DNA from: Myxococcales bacterium
Lineage (GTDB): Bacteria; Myxococcota; Myxococcia; Myxococcales; 40CM-4-68-19
NCBI GenBank assembly: GCA_036393595.1
Contig: DASWGQ010000373.1
Span: 1 to 38,582 of the forward strand
Direction of reading: 5' to 3'
Length of the DNA stretch: 38,582 nt
Shown: positions 31,818 through 38,582 of the stretch, piece after piece
Numbering within the stretch: position 1 is the stretch's first letter
Layout of the letters: every line of letters starts with the position of its first letter
Translations under genes and position numbers: made by a program
The notes under the pieces: generated by a model
Database searches by the model: none
The model's input: the letters and a program-made list of their open reading frames with translations, nothing else
Told to the model about the DNA's origin: nothing

Positions 31818-32993
31818 TCAGTAGAGCAGGAAGGGCGCGCGCCGCTTGAGGAAGGCGTCGCGCTCCCGGTCCCACGGCGCGCACAGCTCGGCGACCCCCC
31901 CGCCTGCCTCCACGCCGGTGCGGAAAGCGGCGCTCCCGGTGAGCAGATCGATGGCGGGGAGGTGCTCGACGAACTCGTACTTCTCGGTCCGCCAGCGGAA
32001 CCGTCCGGGGTCTTGCGCGCGCGCGTGAGCGATGCAGGCGGCGCCGAGCCGGACCGGCTGCAGGGCGCCCGCCTCGGTGACGTGGATCTGCACGCCCCGG
32101 CAGCGCGTTCCCCGGTGCTTGTCCCAGGTCGGCGTGAAGGCGCTGGGGCGGAACCGGACCCCCGGCAGGTTCTCCGCCGCGAGCGCCTCGGCGAGGCGCG
32201 CTCCGTCGAGCCACGGGGCGCCCCACAGCTCGAAGGGGCGGGTGGTGCCCCGGCCCTCGGACAGGTTGGTTCCCTCCAGGAGGCACATCCCGGGATAGAC
32301 CAGCGCGGTGTCCACGGTGGGCATGTTCGGAGAGGGCATCACCCAGGGCAGGCCTGTCTCGGGGTAGAGCATCTCGCGGCGCCAGCCCTTCATCTCCATG
32401 ACCTGGAGCTCGCACCCGAAACCGAACCCACCCTGCTCCGCCGGCGCGTTCAGCAGGCGCGCGCACTCGCCGGCGGTGAGCCCGTGGCGCGCGGCGATGG
32501 GCCACAGCCCGACGAAGGACTCGAACCCCGGATGCACCACGCCGCCCTCGACCGCGGAGCCGCCGATGGGGTTCGGTCGGTCGAGCACCACGAAGCGGAG
32601 CTCGTTCCGGGCGGCGGCCTGCATGGCGAGGCCCATGGTGGCGAGGTACGTGTAGTAGCGGCTGCCGATGTCCTGCACGTCGAACACGAGCGCATCGAGG
32701 CCGCGCAGGTGCTCGTCGCGCGGCGTGAGCGAGGCGAAGTCCTTGCCGTACAGCGAATGCTCGGGGACGCCGGTGCGGGGGTCGGCGCCGGCAAAGGTCT
32801 CCTCGAGGTACTGCACGTCGCCGCGCACGCCGTGCTCCGGACCGAAGAGCGCGGCGAGGGTCACGCCGGAAGCCTGGTGCAGCAGATCGGCCAGGTGGCG
32901 CAGCCCGGCGTCGACGCTGGTCGGGTTCAGGATCGCCCCGACGCGCTGCCCGCGCAGCGACTCGAGCAGCCGCGTGACGCCCAGCTTCACCAT
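31818..32993 (-). CDS. DUF1343-family protein (YbbC/NamZ-type exo-beta-N-acetylmuramidase family)
   Basis: 391 aa from ATG 32993. RVGAILNPTSV..., LFGPEHG, LVFDVQDIGSRYYTY, VLDRPNPIGG and EGTNLSEGRGTTRPFE are DUF1343 hallmarks. The start shares one nucleotide with the upstream stop. Confidence 0.85.
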   Translation of the reverse strand: MVKLGVTRLLESLRGQRVGAILNPTSVDAGLRHLADLLHQASGVTLAALFGPEHGVRGDVQYLEETFAGADPRTGVPEHSLYGKDFASLTPRDEHLRGLDALVFDVQDIGSRYYTYLATMGLAMQAAARNELRFVVLDRPNPIGGSAVEGGVVHPGFESFVGLWPIAARHGLTAGECARLLNAPAEQGGFGFGCELQVMEMKGWRREMLYPETGLPWVMPSPNMPTVDTALVYPGMCLLEGTNLSEGRGTTRPFELWGAPWLDGARLAEALAAENLPGVRFRPSAFTPTWDKHRGTRCRGVQIHVTEAGALQPVRLGAACIAHARAQDPGRFRWRTEKYEFVEHLPAIDLLTGSAAFRTGVEAGGGVAELCAPWDRERDAFLKRRAPFLLY

Positions 32994-34393
32994 CAGTAGG
33001 CGTTCCGCGAGAGGAACCCGCCCGCGAGCGTGCGGGCGAGGATGCGCAGGTCGAGCAGGAGCGACCAGTGCTCGATGTAGTAGAGGTCGTACTCGACGCG
33101 CTTCTCGATGCTGGTCTGCCCGCGCAGGCCGTGGATCTGCGCCCACCCGGTCATGCCCGCCTTGACCATGTGCCGCAGCTGGTAGCGCGGGATGTGGCGG
33201 CGGAACTTGTCGATGAAGATGGGCCGCTCGGGGCGCGGGCCGACCAGGCTCATGTCTCCGGCCAGGACGTTCAGGAGCTGCGGCAGCTCGTCGATGCTGG
33301 CGCGGCGCAGGAGGGACCCCAGACGGGTCACGCGGGGATCCTCGGGCTCGGCGAAGCGCGGGCCGTCCTGCTCCGCCTGGTCGCGCATGGTGCGGAGCTT
33401 CAGCATCCGGAAGGGCTTCCCGTCGAGGCCGACGCGCTCCTGGCGGTACAGCACGGGCCCGGGCGAGCCGAGCTTCACCAGCAGCGCCACGAGCAGCAGG
33501 AGCGGCGCGAGCAGCGCGAGGAACAGCGCCGAGAGGATCAAGTCGAACGCCCGCTTCGCCAGCGCATTGATGCCCAGGACGCCCACGGATTGGAGATTCA
33601 CGATGGGCAGGCCGCCGAACTCCTCCAGGCCGCCGAAGAGCGTCGCGTACTGGTAGACGTCGGGAACGAGCTTCACGTCCACGGTGGTGTCGGCGCAGAT
33701 CTCCATGATCCGCGGCAGATGCTGGAACGAGCGCGAGGGCAGCGCGACCAGCACCTGGTCGACGGCGCGCGCCTGCAGCACGCCGCGGAGATCGCGCACC
33801 GTGCCGATCACCTCGGTGCCCGCCACGCTGGTGCCGACGCGCTTCTTGTGCAGCGACAGGCAGCCGACGGGGCGGAAGCCGAGCTCGCGGTGCAGGTCGA
33901 CCTGCTCCAGCACCTGCCGCGACAGCCGCCCCGCGCCTACCACCAGGATGTAGCGCAGGTTGTAGCCGCGCCGGCGCACGGCCTGGAGGATCTCCTTGAA
34001 GAAGACCCGCGCCAGGGCGAGGGCGAGGAAGGAGAGCGCGGTGAAGATGGCCAGCATGGCGCGCGAGTAGCGGGCTTCGCGCACGAAGTAGGTCAAGGAG
34101 ACGAGCAGGAGGCCCGCGACCACCGTCGCCTTGAAGACGCCGAAGACCTCGTCGATCTGTGTCTTCTGGCGCTGCGGGCGGTAGAGGCCCATGGCGCGGA
34201 ACGAGAGCGGCCAGATGATCAGCGCGAAGCCGCAGACGATGATGGTCTCGTTCCACGCCGGCAGCTCGGAGTACGGCCAGGTCTTCGGCGAATTGAAGCG
34301 CAGCGCATACGCGCCCCAGAACGCCGCGCCCACGATGGCCACGTCGAGCAGCACCCGGAGAGCGGTGAAGTACTGGTGGTATCGCTTGAACAT
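32993..34393 (-). CDS. Polyprenyl-phosphate glycosyl-1-phosphate transferase (WcaJ/EpsE-type initiating sugar transferase)
   Basis: 466 aa with N-terminal TM helices, a central Rossmann-like region (ILVVGAG) and a C-terminal bacterial sugar transferase domain: [11 protein letters not shown]...[25 protein letters not shown]...[24 protein letters not shown]. Confidence 0.9.
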   Translation of the reverse strand: MFKRYHQYFTALRVLLDVAIVGAAFWGAYALRFNSPKTWPYSELPAWNETIIVCGFALIIWPLSFRAMGLYRPQRQKTQIDEVFGVFKATVVAGLLLVSLTYFVREARYSRAMLAIFTALSFLALALARVFFKEILQAVRRRGYNLRYILVVGAGRLSRQVLEQVDLHRELGFRPVGCLSLHKKRVGTSVAGTEVIGTVRDLRGVLQARAVDQVLVALPSRSFQHLPRIMEICADTTVDVKLVPDVYQYATLFGGLEEFGGLPIVNLQSVGVLGINALAKRAFDLILSALFLALLAPLLLLVALLVKLGSPGPVLYRQERVGLDGKPFRMLKLRTMRDQAEQDGPRFAEPEDPRVTRLGSLLRRASIDELPQLLNVLAGDMSLVGPRPERPIFIDKFRRHIPRYQLRHMVKAGMTGWAQIHGLRGQTSIEKRVEYDLYYIEHWSLLLDLRILARTLAGGFLSRNAY

Positions 34394-34443
34394 CGACGGG
34401 TTGCCCTAGCAAGTCAGGACGCCCGGCGCAAGCGAGCGGTCAC

Positions 34444-35148
34444 TCAGCGCTTCGTCATCTCGAAGAGCTGGCGGGCCTGGACGGTGACGAAGCCGTCGAA
34501 GCCCGGCGCGCGCTGCGCGATCTCCAGGTAGGCGTAGGGCCATTTCCGCGTGCGCTGGCGCAGCTGCACGGTGCGTTCGGCGGCCCTGGTGGCGGTCTGC
34601 CGCAGGGGCGCCCCGGGTTCTCCCTCGATCTCGTCCTTCATGGGAATTCCCGCCGCGATCATCCGCCGCTGCCAGGCCTCCACGTCGTCGACGGCGGCGG
34701 TGAAGTGGTTCACCTCGCGGCCGAAGAGAAGAAGCCAGGCGCCGTACTGCGTTTCCTTCTCCAGCTCGAGCAGCTCATCCTCATTAGGCTCTTCAGCCGG
34801 CGCGCGGAACCAGCCGGCGAGATCGCTGCCTGGCTCTTCGTCCTTGGGGAGCCGCGCGAGGATCTCCCGCGCGCGGGGCGACAGCTCATGGGCGCGCAGC
34901 TCGCTGACGAAGATGCGCGGCTCGCCCGGCTTGCTGAGGTGGATGGCGCTCACGTGGACATCGGTGAGGTCGTACTTGCCGGCGCGCTTCCAGCCGAACT
35001 TCTCGAAGACGCGCGCGATGGGCGCGAGATCCAGCGAGCGGAAGGCGACGTGGTCGTTGCGGAACCCGCCCCCGGCCAGTTGCACGAAGGTGCGCGCGTA
35101 GGGCACGTGCGCGGCGTAGCGCTCCCAGAGGTTCTCGAGCAGCGTCAT
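34444..35148 (-). CDS. DUF1338-family protein (HglS-type 2-oxoadipate dioxygenase/decarboxylase family)
   Basis: 234 aa. FRNDHVAFRSL and NHFTAAV motifs, and the C-terminal FVTVQARQLFEMT, are characteristic of DUF1338. Confidence 0.75.
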   Translation of the reverse strand: MTLLENLWERYAAHVPYARTFVQLAGGGFRNDHVAFRSLDLAPIARVFEKFGWKRAGKYDLTDVHVSAIHLSKPGEPRIFVSELRAHELSPRAREILARLPKDEEPGSDLAGWFRAPAEEPNEDELLELEKETQYGAWLLLFGREVNHFTAAVDDVEAWQRRMIAAGIPMKDEIEGEPGAPLRQTATRAAERTVQLRQRTRKWPYAYLEIAQRAPGFDGFVTVQARQLFEMTKR

Positions 35149-35161
35149 GCCGTGCGGGATA

Positions 35162-36151
35162 TCACTCGCCCGGCACGACTTCCAGATCGACCAGCTCCGC
35201 GCCGCGCAGGGCGTGGAGCTTCATCTTGCGGCCGATCGACGAGGCGTCGAGGAGCTTGTGCACGTCGTCCACGCTCGCCACCGTCTTGCCGTCGAAGGAG
35301 AGGAGGATGTCCCCGGATTTCAGACCCGCGGCCGCTGCGGCCTTGCCCGGCACGATCTCCATCACCTCGACCCCGGTCCGCTGCGCGAGAGCATGCTTGC
35401 GGGAGAGGCGGCGATCGAGCGGCCGCTCCTGACCTGCGAATCCCAGCACTCCGCGGCGCACGCGGCCGTGGTGCATCAGCTCGCCCAGCACCCAGCGCGC
35501 GGTGTCCACGGGCACGGAGAAGCTCAGGCCCTGCGCTCCGAGGATCATCGCGGTGTTGATGCCCACCACGCGGCCGCGGCTGTCGACCAGCGGCCCGCCG
35601 CTGTTGCCGGGATTGAGGGCGACGTCGCTCTGGATGATGGCGTCCATCAGGCGGCCGTCCTGCGCGCGCAGGCTGCGGCCGAGCGCGCTGACGACGCCGG
35701 CGGAGACGGTGAAGGAGAAGCCGAGCGGGTTGCCGATGGCGACCACGAGCTGCCCCACCCGCAGCGAGGCGCTCTTTCCCAGCTCGGCCGCGGGCAGCCG
35801 CGCGCCGTCGATCTGCGCCACCGCGAGGTCGGTTGCGGGATCGCTGCCCACCACGTTGGCGGCGTGCGAGCTGCCGTCGGAGAGCGCGACCGTCACCTCG
35901 CGGGCGCCGCGGACGACGTGCGCGTTGGTGAGCAGGTAGCCGTCAGGGGTGAAGAGAACGCCGGACCCGCCGCCCTCGGGCCGGAAGCGGCGGCGCGACT
36001 TGACCGAGACCGCGACGACGGCCGGACCCACCTTCTCCACTACGGAGACTACCGCCCGCGAGTAGGCGTCGAGTGCCTCCTCCTCGGAAACGGTGGCGGG
36101 AACAGCTGGAACGGGATCCTGGGGATGTTCGATGCGGGCGAGGCGGGGCAT
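35162..36151 (-). CDS. S1C (HtrA/DegP-like) serine protease with one PDZ domain
   Basis: Catalytic triad contexts LLTNAHVV, TDLAV and NPGNSGGPLV. C-terminal PDZ (GVEVMEIVPGKAAAAAGLKSGDILLSFDGKTV). No obvious signal peptide. Confidence 0.85.
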   Translation of the reverse strand: MPRLARIEHPQDPVPAVPATVSEEEALDAYSRAVVSVVEKVGPAVVAVSVKSRRRFRPEGGGSGVLFTPDGYLLTNAHVVRGAREVTVALSDGSSHAANVVGSDPATDLAVAQIDGARLPAAELGKSASLRVGQLVVAIGNPLGFSFTVSAGVVSALGRSLRAQDGRLMDAIIQSDVALNPGNSGGPLVDSRGRVVGINTAMILGAQGLSFSVPVDTARWVLGELMHHGRVRRGVLGFAGQERPLDRRLSRKHALAQRTGVEVMEIVPGKAAAAAGLKSGDILLSFDGKTVASVDDVHKLLDASSIGRKMKLHALRGAELVDLEVVPGE

Positions 36152-36181
36152 CGCGGCAAGGTGCGCATCGCGGGAAGACTG

Positions 36182-37282
36182 TCAAGCGCGGCGGGCCCTG
36201 ATGCGATCGATCTCGCGCTTCAGCTCGGGAGCAAAGCGCGAGGCAGAGAACCTTTCGGCGTGCGCGCGGATGGCGGGTGGATCGACGCGCAGCCCGTCGA
36301 TGGCGGTCAAGCCGCGCAGGAGCGACTCCACGGTGGGCTCGTCGAAGAAGACGCCGGTCTCGCCCTCGATGACCGTCTCCAGCGCTCCGCCGCGGCCGAG
36401 CGCCAGCACCGGCCGGCCCGCCGACTGCGCCTCGACGGGCGCGATGCCGAAGTCCTCCTCGCCGGGGAGCACGAAGAATCGCGCGCGGGCGTAGAGGCGA
36501 GGCAGCTCGTCGAAAGGCACCGCGCCGAGGAAACGCACCGAGGGTCCCGCCAAAGAGCGCAGCGCGGGCATCTCGGGGCCGTCTCCGGCGATCCACAGCG
36601 GCCGCTTGAGCCGCGAGAAGGCGCGCACCGCCACGTCGATGCGCTTGTAGGGGACCAGCGCGGAGACGGCCAGGGCGTACTCGTCGGGACCCTCGGCGGC
36701 GGGCACGAAGCGGTGCGTGTCGACGGGCGGGTAGACGACCGCGTCGGCATCGCGGCCCCAGAAACGGCGGATGCGCTCGGCCACGAACTTGCTGTTGGCG
36801 ATGATGCCGTGCGCGCGCTCCGTGGAGCGCACGTCCCATCGGCGCAGGAAAGGGGCGACCGCGTGCGCAGCGAGGCGCGTGGGCAGGCTGGCGCGGCCCG
36901 CGCCGAAGTAGGCGTCGAACTGATCCCAGACGTAACGCATCGGCGTGTGGATGTAGGCGACGTGGGTCGCATCGGGCGCCGGGACGCAGCCCTTGGCCAC
37001 GGCATGGCTGGTCGAGACGACCAAAGTGTAGCCGGTCAGATCGAGGCTCTCGATGGCCCGCGGGAAGAGCGGCAGGTAATGCCGGTACCTCGAGTGCGCG
37101 AGCGGCAGGCGGTCGAGAAAGCTGGTGACGATCCGGTGGCGCTCGATGAGCGGCCCGACCGAGCCGGGCACGTACACCAGCGTGAAGATGTCCGCCTCGG
37201 GATAGAGCTGGCAGAGCTGCTCCAGCACCCGCTCGCCGCCGCGCAGGCCGGTGAGCCAGTCGTGCACCAGCGCGACCCTCAT
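36182..37282 (-). CDS. GT4-family glycosyltransferase
   Basis: 366 aa from ATG 37282 (ATGA overlap with the upstream gene). MRVALVHDWLTGLRGGERV N-terminus, ...FVLPGEEDFGIAPVEAQSAGRPVLA (EX7E region). Confidence 0.85.
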   Translation of the reverse strand: MRVALVHDWLTGLRGGERVLEQLCQLYPEADIFTLVYVPGSVGPLIERHRIVTSFLDRLPLAHSRYRHYLPLFPRAIESLDLTGYTLVVSTSHAVAKGCVPAPDATHVAYIHTPMRYVWDQFDAYFGAGRASLPTRLAAHAVAPFLRRWDVRSTERAHGIIANSKFVAERIRRFWGRDADAVVYPPVDTHRFVPAAEGPDEYALAVSALVPYKRIDVAVRAFSRLKRPLWIAGDGPEMPALRSLAGPSVRFLGAVPFDELPRLYARARFFVLPGEEDFGIAPVEAQSAGRPVLALGRGGALETVIEGETGVFFDEPTVESLLRGLTAIDGLRVDPPAIRAHAERFSASRFAPELKREIDRIRARRA

Positions 37283-38241
37283 CGGGCGGCCTCGCGGTAG
37301 ACTTGGGCGTGCTGCTCGGCGCAGGAGCGCCAGCTGAAGTCGCGCGCCCGCTGCAGACCCTTCCGCGAAAGCTCTTCGCGCAGAGCGGGATCGCGCCGCA
37401 CGCGCTCCACCGCCTCGAGCAGGGCGGGGCCGTCGCCGCGAGGAACGTGGAGCGCAGCGCCGCCGGAGACTTCCAGAAGCGCAGGATCGTCGCTGGCGAT
37501 GCAGGGCGTGCCGCAGGCCATCGCTTCCAGCAAGGGGAGCCCGAATCCTTCGTAGAGCGAAGGCAGCACCAACAGCGCCGCTTCGCGATAGAGGCGCAGC
37601 AGCTCCTCCTCGCCGACGTAATTCTCCGGCGGGCCGGCGTGGACGAACTCGACGCCGCGCAGCGCTTCCAGGCCCTTTCGCGGGCCGCCGTCGCCGACGT
37701 AGAGGACGAAATCCTTCCGCGGCGAGACGCCGGGAGTGAAGCGCGCATCGACCCCGTGATGGATCACCCGCACGCGCGCGGCCTCGACGCCGAGATGTCC
37801 GGTGACTTCCCGCGCGATGGCATCTGTCGGCACGATCACCCGCGCCGCCCGTGGGGCCCGCTCGCGCAGCGCCTTGGCGAAGTACCGCGCCCGCGCTGGC
37901 TCCTGCGTTCCGGCGTGCAGCACCGTGGAGAGATCGTGAATCGTCAGCACCACCGGCCCGCGAAAGGGCGGCGCGGCGTGGTTCGTCTCGTGATACACGG
38001 TCAGGCCGCGCAGCCGCTCGCGCTCGAGCGCAAGGGAGCGGGCCGCCTCGGCGAGGAAGTAGGCGCCCGGGAGCTGCTTGACGATGTCGCGGATACCCCG
38101 GCTGGCGGGGCCGGGCGCAAAGAGGGCTCGGGCGCGCAGCCCGCCGATGGGAGCGAGCGCGTCGAGGAGGCCGGCGATGTAGCGTCCCACGCCGGTGCGG
38201 GCGGCAGCGAGAGGAGCGGCATTGATCCCGACGTCGAGCAA
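37279..38241 (-). CDS. GT4-family glycosyltransferase
   Basis: 320 aa with a TTG start. VGINAAPLAAARTGVGRYIAGLL N-terminus and LVLPSLYEGFGLPLLEAMACGTPCIAS (EX7E motif). Confidence 0.8.
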   Translation of the reverse strand: MLDVGINAAPLAAARTGVGRYIAGLLDALAPIGGLRARALFAPGPASRGIRDIVKQLPGAYFLAEAARSLALERERLRGLTVYHETNHAAPPFRGPVVLTIHDLSTVLHAGTQEPARARYFAKALRERAPRAARVIVPTDAIAREVTGHLGVEAARVRVIHHGVDARFTPGVSPRKDFVLYVGDGGPRKGLEALRGVEFVHAGPPENYVGEEELLRLYREAALLVLPSLYEGFGLPLLEAMACGTPCIASDDPALLEVSGGAALHVPRGDGPALLEAVERVRRDPALREELSRKGLQRARDFSWRSCAEQHAQVYREAAR

Positions 38242-38582
38242 GGAAGCAGAGGATGTAGCACAACCTCTGGTTCACGCCGCCGTGGTTACCTGGCAGGGCG
38301 CGCACCTGATCGGCGATTGCCTGAAGGCGCTGCGCGCGCAGCGGGGCCGGCTGCGCATCGTGGTGGTGGACAACGCCTCGACGGACGGCACGGCGGAGAT
38401 CGTCGCGCGAGATTTTCCCGGGGTGGAGCTCTTGCGCATGGAGGAGAATCTCGGCTACGGGCGCGCCAATAACGAGGCGATGCGGCGCGCCCTCGACGCC
38501 GGCGCGCAGTTCGTCGCGCTGGTGAACAACGACGTCGAGCTGGAGCCGGGCTGGCTCGAGCGGATGCTGGAAGCGGCTCTCG
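38222..38582 (+). CDS. GT2-family glycosyltransferase, 5' part (runs off the window); start uncertain
   Basis: Frame is open from 38183 to the window end. It reads ...AAVVTWQGAHLIGDCLKALRAQRGRLRIVVVDNASTDGTAEIVARDFPGVELLRMEENLGYGRANNEAMRRALDAGAQFVALVNNDVEL, the GT2 'DNxSxDGT' and 'N.G(F/Y)' motifs. There is no in-frame ATG. Candidate starts are TTG 38222 (GAGGAG SD 5 nt upstream), CTG 38267 and GTG 38282. It is not in the ORF track because it lacks a stop. Confidence 0.6.
   Translation, partial: MIPTSSKEAEDVAQPLVHAAVVTWQGAHLIGDCLKALRAQRGRLRIVVVDNASTDGTAEIVARDFPGVELLRMEENLGYGRANNEAMRRALDAGAQFVALVNNDVELEPGWLERMLEAAL

Noticed and set aside
28751-38305. Composite track ORFs 28751..30424, 30421..32505, 31818..34412, 35943..37748, 36182..38305 and 35147..37300 taken at face value
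   Set aside because: In each, only the 3' segment is a real gene (RDD, OMP, DUF1343, GT4). The 5' portions are out-of-frame read-through across neighbouring genes (hemB, nadD, the sugar transferase, the second GT4). Internal starts with an SD or stop/start overlaps were used instead.
1-38582. Search for sheath, tube (Hcp/Afp1), gp25/gp6-like baseplate, PAAR, AAA+ (ClpV/Afp15), phage capsid/terminase, integrase or transposase genes near the spike and DUF4157 genes
   Set aside because: None of the credible ORFs shows the corresponding motifs. The window therefore does not contain a complete T6SS, eCIS or prophage, and I make no such call.

Overview
This is a very GC-rich bacterial chromosomal segment in which third codon positions are almost all G/C. 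The gene content looks Myxococcota/deltaproteobacteria-like, but the taxon cannot be proven from this window. I support about 34 protein-coding genes, mostly on the minus strand and often with overlapping stop/start codons. Most are housekeeping or envelope genes: PhzF-like isomerase, M28 peptidase, PaaZ-N/BoxD-like aldehyde dehydrogenase, SDR, DAG-kinase-like lipid kinase, PIN-PhoH2, GAF-GGDEF cyclase and FtsB. Also present are a Fur-family regulator with a barrel OMP and a CxxCH lipoprotein, an FmdB zinc ribbon, a DmpA/P1 peptidase and an internally duplicated Ddl-like ATP-grasp protein. The rest are RDD, HemB, NadD, DUF1343, a polyprenyl-phosphate sugar transferase, DUF1338, an HtrA-like protease and GT4/GT4/GT2 glycosyltransferases. 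I recognised no rRNA, tRNA, CRISPR array, transposase or integrase. Many long ORFs in the supplied track are antisense or out-of-frame artefacts of the high GC content. Two genes stand out, and both point to a contractile-injection or phage-tail-like apparatus whose structural genes are not in the window. (1) At 1867-4638 (-), a gpV/gp5-type spike domain lacks a gp27 module. It is fused through a ~200-aa Ala/Pro/Gln linker to a putative cell-wall-binding plus papain-like (NlpC/P60-type Cys/His) domain. A tightly coupled secreted Cys-rich ORF follows it and is a candidate immunity protein. (2) At 14203-21024 (-), a 2,273-aa helical His/Gly/Lys-rich protein has two glycine-zipper hydrophobic segments and a textbook DUF4157 HExxH domain. 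That domain sits at the C-terminus, not the N-terminus where it is usually found. Further observations include a family of ~120-130 bp long-hairpin intergenic repeats (two copies) and a GGCGGCGCTG(CG)YTTTT motif present four times in about 1.7 kb. There is also a Fur-box-like site at the start of the fur-like gene.
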